The notes under the pieces were generated by a model. That model was not told where the DNA came from and did not search any database. It was given only the letters and a program-made list of their open reading frames with translations. This document shows positions 7,121 to 15,112 of a stretch of 24,000 nucleotides of DNA, in pieces. The DNA is from Clostridia bacterium (GTDB lineage: Bacteria; Bacillota; Clostridia; TANB77; RGIG9151): contig JAFSUW010000005.1 in assembly GCA_017450465.1 (NCBI GenBank), positions 32,800 through 56,799 of the forward strand. The letters are read 5' to 3'. Position numbers and translations under genes: made by a program. Position 1 is the stretch's first letter; the number at the start of each line of letters is the position of its first letter.

Positions 7121-8392
7121 TTAATTATAAATTTTTTCCTCCCTTACTATATAGTTCTCATATGGTAGAATATATTGCCTGTCACATTCAACAACTATAT
7201 TTATATTTTCATCATAGTCTACTTTTATGACATTACCATGCTCTCTTAAAAATGCTTCGACCTTTGTCATATCGTAAGGAAGTGCTAAAGTATATTTCCT
7301 ATAACTTTTAAAAATCTCACTACAAACTTTATTTACAACTTCATCAATGCATTTTGTATTATTAGCGGAAATATAAAGTATGCCTGGCTCTTTTATTCGC
7401 CTTTTTATATTTACTTTGTCACATTTATTATATACTAATATTTCAGGAATACCTTTTACTCCGATATCCATTAATACATTTCTCGTAATTTCAATTTGGT
7501 CTCTATAATTTGGGTTTGAATAATCAACAACATGAAGTAATAAATCAGCTTCACACACTTCTTCAAGAGTTGAACGAAACGCTTTTACCAAAAATGTTGG
7601 TAACTTACTTACAAAGCCAACAGTATCAACAAATATAACTTCCTTGTTACCAGGAAACTTAATTCCTCTTGCCGACGTTTCAAGCGTTGCAAATAACATA
7701 TCCTTTTCCAAAACTTTTTTCTCATCGTCTTCTTTATATTTATCGACAATTGAATTTAATAATGTAGATTTGCCCGCATTTGTATATCCAACTATCGCAA
7801 CAGTAGGTATCATATTTTTCTTTCTTCTACGTCTTTGCGTTTTTCTAACTGATACTAACTCTTGCAACTCTTTATTCAAAAATGTAATTTTTTTCTCAAT
7901 CGCACGTCTATCTAATTCTAACTTCTTCTCACCAAGACCTTTGTTACTAGCGCCTCCACTACCGCCACCATACTGTCTTCCAAGCGATTCACGAAGTCCT
8001 ATTAACCTTGGTAACATGTAATTTAATTCTGCGATTTCAACTTGTAACTTTGCCTCTTTTGTTTTGGCTCGTCTTGCAAATATATCAAGTATCAAAATTG
8101 TTCTATCAATAACTTTACATGGTATTATCTCTTCAAGATTTCTAATATTCGAATGTGTAAGTTCATCGTTAAATATTACTGCATCTATACTTTCACGATT
8201 TACAATGTTTTTTATTTCATGTGCCTTACCTTCACCTATATAGGTTGCCTTATTTATACTTTCTAAATTTTGTACTACAACATCTACTACCTCTATATTA
8301 CATGCTTCGGCTAAGTTCTTTAACTCTTCCATCGAATATTCAAAATTTTCATCTTCTATAAGTTTTACACCTACTAAAATTGCTTTTTCCAT
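7121..8392 (-). CDS. hflX: GTPase HflX
   Basis: HflX N-terminal domain plus G motifs GYTNAGKST, DTVGF and NKCD. I moved the start to ATG 8392 (MEKAILVGV), which has GGAGG at 8401-8397. The 26 extra codons in the track overlap the tRNA gene. Confidence 0.9.
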   Translation of the reverse strand: MEKAILVGVKLIEDENFEYSMEELKNLAEACNIEVVDVVVQNLESINKATYIGEGKAHEIKNIVNRESIDAVIFNDELTHSNIRNLEEIIPCKVIDRTILILDIFARRAKTKEAKLQVEIAELNYMLPRLIGLRESLGRQYGGGSGGASNKGLGEKKLELDRRAIEKKITFLNKELQELVSVRKTQRRRRKKNMIPTVAIVGYTNAGKSTLLNSIVDKYKEDDEKKVLEKDMLFATLETSARGIKFPGNKEVIFVDTVGFVSKLPTFLVKAFRSTLEEVCEADLLLHVVDYSNPNYRDQIEITRNVLMDIGVKGIPEILVYNKCDKVNIKRRIKEPGILYISANNTKCIDEVVNKVCSEIFKSYRKYTLALPYDMTKVEAFLREHGNVIKVDYDENINIVVECDRQYILPYENYIVREEKIYN

Positions 8393-8409
8393 AGTTCCTC
8401 CATATATTT

Positions 8410-8484
8410 TGGCACCCCGAACAGGAATCGAACCTGCATTAACGGAACCGGAATCCGTTGCCTTATCCATTAGGCCATCGGGGC
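8410..8484 (-). tRNA. tRNA-Arg (anticodon CCG)
   Basis: 75 nt, GCCCCGA-UG-GCCU-AAUGGAUA-AGGC-A-ACGGA-UUCCGGU-UCCGU-UAAU-GCAGG-UUCGAUU-CCUGU-UCGGGGU-GCCA. A full cloverleaf can be drawn, the T-loop is UUCGAUU, and the 3' CCA is encoded. Anticodon loop UU-CCG-GU. Confidence 0.9.
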
Positions 8485-8496
8485 ATCAACAAATTA

Positions 8497-8525
8497 ATTT
8501 TATAATGTAATTACAGTTTTTGCAA
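8497..8525 (-). promoter_or_regulatory. sigma-A-type promoter for tRNA-Arg (and probably hflX)
   Basis: TTGCAA (8525-8520), 17 nt, TAAAAT (8502-8497). The predicted TSS is about 6 nt before the mature tRNA 5' end. Confidence 0.5.
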
Positions 8526-8557
8526 CAAAAAAGAGAGTATTTTTCATACTCTCTTTT
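8523..8557 (-). terminator. Rho-independent terminator of rny
   Basis: Minus strand AAAAGAGAGUAU-GAAAA-AUACUCUCUUUU followed by UUGUUG, starting 4 nt after the rny stop. Confidence 0.8.
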
Positions 8558-8561
8558 AAGG

Positions 8562-10103
8562 TTATTTTGCATAATCAACTGCACGTGTTTCACGCACAAT
8601 ATTTACTTTGATTTGACCCGGATAATTTACATCGCTTTCAATTTTCTTAGCTATATCTCTTGCAAGAAGTGTCATCTCTGCATCTGAAATATCTTCAGGA
8701 TTTACAATGATTCTAACTTCTCTTCCGGCTTGTATTGCAAAAGATCTATCAACTCCCTTGAAGGAAGTAGTTATCTCTTCAATTTTCTCAATTCTCTTTA
8801 TATAAGCTTCCAAAGTTTCTTTTCTTGCGCCTGGTCTTGCTGCAGAAATTGAATCAGCCGCCTGAATCAATACTGCTGTAATCGTTTTTGGCTCAACATC
8901 TTCGTGGTGAGCTTCAACCGCATTTAAGATTTCATCGCATTCTTTGTATTTCTTTAAGATATCCACACCAATTTGTACGTGTGAACCTTCCATCTCTTGG
9001 TCAACGGCCTTACCAATATCATGTAAAAGACCTGCTCTTTTTGCCATATCTGGGTCGACACCAAGTTCTGATGCCATCATTCCGGCAAGATGAGCAACCT
9101 CAATGGAGTGAATTAAGACATTTTGACCATAACTTGTTCTGTACTTTAATTTACCAAGTAATCTAATGATATCAGGATGAAGTCCATGAACACCAACTTC
9201 AAAGCTTGCACTTTCGCCAGCTTCTCTCATTGATTCTTCAACTTCGGCTTTTGCCTTTTCTACCATTTCCTCAATTCGTGTAGGATGTATTCTACCATCT
9301 AAAACCAATTTCTCTAAAGCAATTTTTGCAATTTCACGTCTTACAGGATCAAATCCAGATAAAATTACTGCCTCAGGAGTATCATCAATAATTAAATCTA
9401 TACCTGTAAGGGTTTCAAGAGTTTTAATGTTTCTACCTTCACGTCCTATTATTCTACCCTTCATTTCGTCGTTAGGTAGAGCCACAACAGATACCGTATG
9501 TTCTGCGACTTGCTCTGCTGCACATTTTTGGATTGCTGTAGCGATAATAGATTGTGCCTTTTTATTTGCTTCTTCTTTAGCGCTTTGCTCCATGTTCTTT
9601 ATCATTAGTGCTGTTTCAAGTTTTACTTCATGTTCAATATTTTGAACTAAAGTTTGTTTTGCTTCTTCCGCAGTCATTCCTGCAATTCTTTCAAGTTCTA
9701 AAAGTTGTTTATCAAGCTTAACTTTTAGTTCTTCTTTTAAGATATCTACTTCTTTACTTTTCTTGCTAAGAGCTTCTTCCTTTTCTTCTAAACTCTCAGT
9801 TTTCTTATCGAGTCCTTCTTCTTTTTGTAGAACTCTTCTTTCTAACCTTTGCATTTCATTTCTGCGTTCTTTCATTTCTTTGTCTAATTCTACCCTGTTT
9901 TTGTGAATTTCTTCTTTAGCTTGAAGTAACATTTCTCTTTTTTCATTTTCAATAGTTTTTCTTGCATCTTCAATTATAGATTCTGCTTCTTTCTTGGCTG
10001 AACCTATTTTAGCTTCGGCAACCATTTTCCTTATAATAAAGCCAATGGCTATACCGACAACAAAAACAATAAGGCAGATAGCAATAACGATAGTAGGTTC
10101 CAC
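8562..10103 (-). CDS. rny: Ribonuclease Y
   Basis: N-terminal TM helix, coiled-coil region, KH motif GREGRNIK and HD motif LLHDIGK. I placed the start at GTG 10103, which has GGAGG (10118-10114) with an 8-10 nt spacer. The TTG start at 10127 in the track has no SD. Confidence 0.9.
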   Translation of the reverse strand: MEPTIVIAICLIVFVVGIAIGFIIRKMVAEAKIGSAKKEAESIIEDARKTIENEKREMLLQAKEEIHKNRVELDKEMKERRNEMQRLERRVLQKEEGLDKKTESLEEKEEALSKKSKEVDILKEELKVKLDKQLLELERIAGMTAEEAKQTLVQNIEHEVKLETALMIKNMEQSAKEEANKKAQSIIATAIQKCAAEQVAEHTVSVVALPNDEMKGRIIGREGRNIKTLETLTGIDLIIDDTPEAVILSGFDPVRREIAKIALEKLVLDGRIHPTRIEEMVEKAKAEVEESMREAGESASFEVGVHGLHPDIIRLLGKLKYRTSYGQNVLIHSIEVAHLAGMMASELGVDPDMAKRAGLLHDIGKAVDQEMEGSHVQIGVDILKKYKECDEILNAVEAHHEDVEPKTITAVLIQAADSISAARPGARKETLEAYIKRIEKIEEITTSFKGVDRSFAIQAGREVRIIVNPEDISDAEMTLLARDIAKKIESDVNYPGQIKVNIVRETRAVDYAK

Positions 10104-10245
10104 TATCTTTCCACCTCCAATTTTCAATTTTCAAAGTTCGATTCCACCAGCCGTAGTGGATTTATTTCCCCGAAAACATAATTTTAATGCATTTTGTAAA
10201 CCAAAGATAAATTTAAATGCTGACCTTTAAACTTATCTCGCTACT

Positions 10246-10275
10246 ATTGTAACATTTTAGAAAAAAGTATGTCAA
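10246..10275 (-). promoter_or_regulatory. sigma-A-type promoter for rny
   Basis: TTGACA (10275-10270), 18 nt, TACAAT (10251-10246), preceded by TG to give the extended -10 TGTTACAAT. This implies a ~135-nt 5' UTR. Confidence 0.5.
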
Positions 10276-10302
10276 GTGATTTAAAAATTTTTTATACAAT
10301 AT

Positions 10303-10331
10303 TTGTACAATTCTATATATAATGTTATAAT
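10303..10331 (+). promoter_or_regulatory. sigma-A-type promoter for the 541-aa lipoprotein gene (divergent from the rny promoter)
   Basis: TTGTAC (10303-10308), 17 nt, TATAAT (10326-10331) with TG at 10323-10324 (TGTTATAAT). Confidence 0.55.
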
Positions 10332-10363
10332 AAGTTGATTAATATCAATAGGAGGTAAAACAA

Positions 10364-11989
10364 ATGAAAAAAATTATTTCATTAATCATGGTAATGGTTT
10401 TAATTTTAAGTTGTTCTTCTTTCTCAATGGCAGCAAATAGTGGTAAAACAACTTACTTAAAACTAATTCAGAGTGACATAAAGGCACTTAACAAAGTTTC
10501 AAATAGCTACAATTTCTTAGCTGACACAAATTACAAAACTCAAAGACAAACTGTAGAAATTTATGGAGAAAATTTACCGCTTGAATTTTCAAACTTAAAA
10601 CTAACCACCCTTGAAGAAGAGGACAAAACAAAGAATTATGATTACGCGAAAGTAACCTTAGGGACAAGAGAAACTGAAAAATTAAACGTTCATGTTTCTT
10701 TTCAAAACAACGTTTTAAGAATGCAAATTCCAGAAATTTACGATAAAACAATTGTAATTGATTTTAACGACTTAAAAAATCTTTGTGAGAAGTTTGAAAT
10801 AGATCTTTCAGAAGAAGAAATCAATTCTATTATAGCTATGCTTTCAAATGTAAATAAGGGTTCAGTACTCACAAAAGATGATGAAGCATACTTAAAAAAA
10901 GTTTCTAAAGAATACGCAAAGAAAATCACTAATTTATTAAATGATAAATATTTTTCTTCAAAAACATCTGATTCTATAATTTATAATGGGAAAACAGTAA
11001 AATGTAAATCTGTAACTCTTGAACTACCTATGTTAGATGTTTATGGTATATTAAACGAAATTTTAAAAGATGTAAGAAGCGATGAAAAACTATTAACTAT
11101 ATTTGCTACTTCTATGGCAAGTAGCGGTAGACCAGTTACCAAAGAAGAAATCATAGACGGAATCGATGAGTATTTAGAAGATTTAGAATACTCACTAGCA
11201 TATATGACTGACGAAAAAATTGTTTCTACATATTATTACAATAACAAAAATGAAGTATTAAAAAGAGAAATATCTGTAATAACTGATTATGATACTGCTA
11301 AATTAGGTTTTGTAGCAATAAAAAATAAAAAAGACGCTTATTATGAACTAGAAACAGATAATCTTTTAATAAAAGATTATGTAACTATAAATAGCAAAAA
11401 AGAAAATCACAGTATAGAATTTAACTTAATTACCGAAAAAGTCGACTGGGAAGCTTACGGTGAAGTTAGTGACATGTATTATGATTACATGGATGAATAT
11501 TATGATAGTTATTATGATGCTTATGATTCATATAGCGATTTTGTAGAAAAAAGATACAATATTGTATATCCTAATTATTCAGACTATCAAATTAAAGAAA
11601 CAACAACTTACAACGCTAATTTACTAATTGAAACACTTGATAAATATACTACTTCTTATACATTTACCGTAAAGGATAACCCAAATTCAGTTAAACTAGA
11701 TATTTATAAGAACCAAGCAAATAAAAATAAACTTATTTATAACTTAAAACTAGCCGTAACTTATAACTACAATGAATATAAATTATACGTAAATTCAACA
11801 ACTGAACGTGGCTTAAAAATCACACCAAGAATATTTGCTAGCGAATTAAAGATTAACAATTTATCAATTGATGAATTAATAGCTGAATTTGATCCAAAGC
11901 GTGAAGAAATACTCCAAAAAATCACTAATATATTCAACGAACTTTTCCCTACTTCAAGCGAACTTTTGCAAGAAAAAATTGGTCTTTAA
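10364..11989 (+). CDS. Putative lipoprotein / secreted protein of unknown function
   Basis: 541 aa. The N-terminus MKKIISLIMVMVLILSCSS has a lipobox-like ILSC. SD AGGAGG is 8 nt upstream. Contains a Tyr/Asp low-complexity patch DMYYDYMDEYYDSYYDAYDSYSDF. I recognised no catalytic motif. Confidence 0.65.
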   Translation: MKKIISLIMVMVLILSCSSFSMAANSGKTTYLKLIQSDIKALNKVSNSYNFLADTNYKTQRQTVEIYGENLPLEFSNLKLTTLEEEDKTKNYDYAKVTLGTRETEKLNVHVSFQNNVLRMQIPEIYDKTIVIDFNDLKNLCEKFEIDLSEEEINSIIAMLSNVNKGSVLTKDDEAYLKKVSKEYAKKITNLLNDKYFSSKTSDSIIYNGKTVKCKSVTLELPMLDVYGILNEILKDVRSDEKLLTIFATSMASSGRPVTKEEIIDGIDEYLEDLEYSLAYMTDEKIVSTYYYNNKNEVLKREISVITDYDTAKLGFVAIKNKKDAYYELETDNLLIKDYVTINSKKENHSIEFNLITEKVDWEAYGEVSDMYYDYMDEYYDSYYDAYDSYSDFVEKRYNIVYPNYSDYQIKETTTYNANLLIETLDKYTTSYTFTVKDNPNSVKLDIYKNQANKNKLIYNLKLAVTYNYNEYKLYVNSTTERGLKITPRIFASELKINNLSIDELIAEFDPKREEILQKITNIFNELFPTSSELLQEKIGL

Positions 11990-12001
11990 TATATATTAGA
12001 T

Positions 12002-12037
12002 AAACCAGAAGATAAAAATCTTCTGGTTTATTTTTTA
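12002..12037 (+). terminator. Rho-independent terminator
   Basis: AAACCAGAAGA-UAAAAA-UCUUCUGGUUU followed by AUUUUUUAUU. Confidence 0.85.
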
Positions 12038-12132
12038 TTCTCCTGTTTACAAAATATTTTAAAAATAGGAAATTTTGCCTATTGTAATTAATTGTAAAAT
12101 GTAATATATTGGAAAAGAAAAGGGGGATTTTT

Positions 12133-13668
12133 ATGTTTTCATCTGTAAATACTATCGGCCTTACCGGCCTTAATGCGTATAAAATCAATGTTGAAGCAAG
12201 TATCTTACCTGGTCTTACTGGCTGTGATATAGTTGGGCTTCCTGATACTGCAGTACGTGAATCACGCGAAAGAGTTTTTTCCGCCATCAAAAACATTGGA
12301 TTTGAATTACCATATGGCAAAATAACTATAAATTTATCACCTGCAGATACCAAAAAAGAAGGTGCCGTCTTTGATTTACCTATCGCAATTGCATTACTTA
12401 TGGTCATGGAAGTAATAAAACCTATCGACTTAAAAGAATATGCTTTTCTTGGAGAATTATCATTAAATGGTGACTTAAAACATATTGCGGGTGTTTTACC
12501 ATCTGTTTCAGCTGCCCATAATTTTAACATAAAAAACATCATTTTACCTACCATTAATGCAGCAGAAGCAAGTATCCCACAAAATATAAACGTATATGGT
12601 GCTAAAAATTTGACCGAAGTTCTTGAACACATTTGCAATAAAAAAATACTGCCTCAAACCAAAATAGATGTAAGCACATTATTTAATACTACTGAAACAT
12701 ACGACGTCGATTTTTGCGATGTAAAGGGACAAGAAAATGTAAAACGTGCATTTGAAATCGCTGCAGCAGGTGGTCACAACATTTTACTTATCGGTGCACC
12801 TGGTTCTGGCAAAACTATGCTCTCGAGAAGTCTTCCTTCTATACTTCCGGACATAACTTTTGAAGAAGCATTAGAGGTAACAAAAATATATAGCGTGGCT
12901 GGTATGCTACCAAAAGATGTATCGCTTATAAACAAACGACCATTTAGGAGCCCTCATCATACTATCTCTTCAGTTGCTTTAATTGGTGGTGGAAAAGCTG
13001 CACTTCCTGGAGAAATAAGTCTTGCACACAATGGTGTTTTATTTTTAGACGAGTTACCAGAATTCCATAAAAACACATTAGAAGTACTGCGCCAGCCATT
13101 AGAAGATAAATTCGTAACTATCAATCGTGCAAATGTAAAAAATACATATCCGTCTAAAGTAATGCTCGTCGCGTCAATGAATCCTTGTCCATGCGGTTAC
13201 TATGGAAGTACCGATAATAGATGCAATTGTACTCCACTAAAAATACAAAACTACTTAAACAAAATATCTGGGCCATTACTAGATAGAATCGATATTCATG
13301 TTGAAGTTTCAAGTGTCAAATTTACTGATTTTGAAAATACCACTCCTGCTGAAAATTCAAAAACAATTCGTGAACGTGTAAATCTAGCACGAGCTGTACA
13401 ACTTGATAGATATAAAGGAAAAAATATTTTTTCGAATTCGGAACTTACTTCTAGCATGATAAACAAATATTGCAAACTCGATGAAAAATCCAATAACTTA
13501 TTAAAAAATGCCTTTGAAAAACTAAACTTATCCGCACGAGCATATTCAAGGATATTAAAAGTAGCAAGAACTATAGCAGACCTTGCAGGAGAGGATGATA
13601 TAAAAACAAACCATGTTGCCGAAGCAATTCAGTATAGGAATTTAGACAGAAAATATTTTGGCGGATAA
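12133..13668 (+). CDS. comM: YifB/ComM family Mg-chelatase-like AAA+ ATPase
   Basis: N-terminal Lon-like domain (GLPDTAVRESRERV, INLSPADTKKEG), Walker A GAPGSGKT, Walker B VLFLDELPEF, Cys cluster CPCGYYGSTDNRCNC. I moved the start to ATG 12133 (MFSSVNT), which follows AGGGGGA. The gene looks full length. Confidence 0.9.
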   Translation: MFSSVNTIGLTGLNAYKINVEASILPGLTGCDIVGLPDTAVRESRERVFSAIKNIGFELPYGKITINLSPADTKKEGAVFDLPIAIALLMVMEVIKPIDLKEYAFLGELSLNGDLKHIAGVLPSVSAAHNFNIKNIILPTINAAEASIPQNINVYGAKNLTEVLEHICNKKILPQTKIDVSTLFNTTETYDVDFCDVKGQENVKRAFEIAAAGGHNILLIGAPGSGKTMLSRSLPSILPDITFEEALEVTKIYSVAGMLPKDVSLINKRPFRSPHHTISSVALIGGGKAALPGEISLAHNGVLFLDELPEFHKNTLEVLRQPLEDKFVTINRANVKNTYPSKVMLVASMNPCPCGYYGSTDNRCNCTPLKIQNYLNKISGPLLDRIDIHVEVSSVKFTDFENTTPAENSKTIRERVNLARAVQLDRYKGKNIFSNSELTSSMINKYCKLDEKSNNLLKNAFEKLNLSARAYSRILKVARTIADLAGEDDIKTNHVAEAIQYRNLDRKYFGG

Positions 13669-13682
13669 AAGGATTAAAACAA

Positions 13683-14243
13683 ATGACTAATATAGATAAT
13701 ACAGAAGATAATTTATTAAAAAAATACACACTTGTTGAACAAAAAAGTATAAAAGGGAAAATAATCTTAAATAATCAAGAAAATTTTGAAGAATTTCTTA
13801 AAAATTCGTTCAACAACACTAGCTTCCAAAAATTTTATTTTGGTAAAATAGGCGAAAAACTTGCTACATTTATAAAAAGCAAAACAGGCGTAGATGTAAA
13901 TAACTATAATTTATCGTTGCGTAGTGATACTGTAAAGAAAATTATAAATTCACATGGTACAGAAAAAGAATTTTTACGTGGTCAAATACCTATAACTTAT
14001 GAAGAAATAAAGAATATACCACAAGTTGTGGCAAAACCAGACATAGTAAGCAAAAACGGAACAAGTGCACAAGGTAAACCCGCCATTACTTTCTCTAAAG
14101 ATATAGATGGAATGACATACGTAGTTACATATATATCTGACAAACATAAAAACTTAGAAGTACAAACTATGTATAAGCATAAAAAAATAGAGCCTGTCAC
14201 TGTGCAAGATGTTGATATACAACCTCCGCAACAAACGTCCTAA
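13683..14243 (+). CDS. Small protein resembling the Barnase-EndoU-ColicinE5/D-RelE-like (PBECR-type) nuclease domain of phage/conjugative-element polyvalent proteins
   Basis: 186 aa, starting 14 nt after the comM stop with AAGGA upstream. The segment FYFGKIGEKLATFIKSKTGVDVNNYNLSLRSDTVKKIINSHGTEKEFLRGQIPITYEEIKNIPQVVAKPDIV...KPAITFSKDIDGMTYVVTYI...LEVQTMY matches my recollection of that domain's pattern (..HG....RGQ.pit.eDi..Ip.i...PD.i). No HMM search was run. Confidence 0.45.
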   Translation: MTNIDNTEDNLLKKYTLVEQKSIKGKIILNNQENFEEFLKNSFNNTSFQKFYFGKIGEKLATFIKSKTGVDVNNYNLSLRSDTVKKIINSHGTEKEFLRGQIPITYEEIKNIPQVVAKPDIVSKNGTSAQGKPAITFSKDIDGMTYVVTYISDKHKNLEVQTMYKHKKIEPVTVQDVDIQPPQQTS

Positions 14244-14307
14244 ACGGTCAGTGATATGGTTCTATTAATAGTATACAACAGAATAACACATCTGTCAATT
14301 ATAGTAT

Positions 14308-15030
14308 CTACTTAACTGGTGCAATATATTCACTACGTACTAACTCAATTTCACAAGGAAGTGCACCAGAGCAAATTAAATCTGTAAGCTCATCTGCATA
14401 TTCTTTAGTAAAATCGCCTACTATTACAGGGGCAGCAGTTTCTACTCTTTCTAACACAATAGGGCTACTAAGCAAAGTATTATCTAAAAACATATACATC
14501 ATATTTTGCCCATCTGGTTTTGTAGCAAGTTCTTCTGTTACATTCGCAAATGTATTTGCTGCATCATCACTTAATTGTATTTGCACCATATACTTAAAGC
14601 CAAGTTCTTCATTTATTTTATCATAAATTACTTGAGCACCCAGTACATCATTACCAGTCAAAAACGCATCACCAGTTACATCTGTAAATTTTAACTCTGC
14701 AGTTTTACCCAAAAATTCTGTAACTGTATCTTCTTCTATACGTGGTAGCCTAACAATAATATTCTGGTTACCCTCTTCTTCTACAGTTTCAAAACCTATG
14801 TCCCAGATATTTTTTACATTAAGTCGATTCCTTAAAATGCTTTCTAGTCTATCTATTGTGTCTTCTGTAACATCTAATGCAAGTATTTTATACTCAATTT
14901 CTAGGCCACCAACATCAGTAAACTTTAATTTATTATCGTTACTATTATTAATTATAAAATTACTAAAATATGCTAAAAGTACCACTACTATTAAAACTAT
15001 AATGGCTATAAAAACATTTTTCTTTTTCAT
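14308..15030 (-). CDS. Membrane-anchored SecD P1 (periplasmic head)-like domain protein lacking the SecD/F transmembrane core
   Basis: I moved the start to ATG 15030 (MKKKNVFIAIIVLIVVVLLAYF), which follows GGAGG (15043-15039). The protein has one TM helix, followed by a region I judge colinear with the B. subtilis SecDF N-terminal domain as I recall that sequence: IIVRLPRIEE, GKTAELKFTD, LTGNDVLGAQV, MMYMFLDNTLLSSPIV, IVGDFTKEYADELTDLICSGALPCEIELV. It stops where SecD TM2 would begin. Confidence 0.6.
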   Translation of the reverse strand: MKKKNVFIAIIVLIVVVLLAYFSNFIINNSNDNKLKFTDVGGLEIEYKILALDVTEDTIDRLESILRNRLNVKNIWDIGFETVEEEGNQNIIVRLPRIEEDTVTEFLGKTAELKFTDVTGDAFLTGNDVLGAQVIYDKINEELGFKYMVQIQLSDDAANTFANVTEELATKPDGQNMMYMFLDNTLLSSPIVLERVETAAPVIVGDFTKEYADELTDLICSGALPCEIELVRSEYIAPVK

Positions 15031-15071
15031 ACCATAACCTCCAAAATTTATATCGGCATATAAAAAATTTT

Positions 15072-15105
15072 TTAAAGAAAAAGCAAGGATAAAACCTTGC
15101 TTTTT
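15072..15105 (-). terminator. Rho-independent terminator after htrA
   Basis: Minus strand AAAAAGCAAGG-UUUUAU-CCUUGCUUUUU followed by CUUUAAAAAAUUUUUU. It lies between the htrA stop (15113) and the SecD-like start. Confidence 0.65.
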
Positions 15106-15112
15106 CAACATA

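Noticed and set aside
8393-8470. N-terminal 26 codons (MDKATDSGSVNAGSIPVRGAKIYGGT) of the 449-aa hflX ORF in the track
   Set aside because: This stretch is the antisense-frame reading of the tRNA-Arg gene (8410-8484). A strong SD and ATG at 8392 give a normal HflX N-terminus.
10104-10127. TTG start at 10127 for rny (MKIGGGKI...)
   Set aside because: These codons are themselves the SD region (GGAGGTGG) for the GTG at 10103, which gives the usual RNase Y N-terminus beginning directly at the TM helix.
11949-12638. 229-aa minus-strand ORF
   Set aside because: It is antisense to the well-supported comM CDS, has no SD, and has low-complexity composition, so it is a shadow ORF. The same reasoning applies to 5303-5704, 7644-8021, 15336-15827, 16388-16918, 16701-17003, 18941-19310 and the other short antisense ORFs in the track.
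12133-14243. comM as an integration hotspot carrying a genomic island
   Set aside because: comM appears intact and full length. There is no integrase or transposase, no flanking direct repeats that I could find, and no compositional shift. Only the single small nuclease-like gene follows it.
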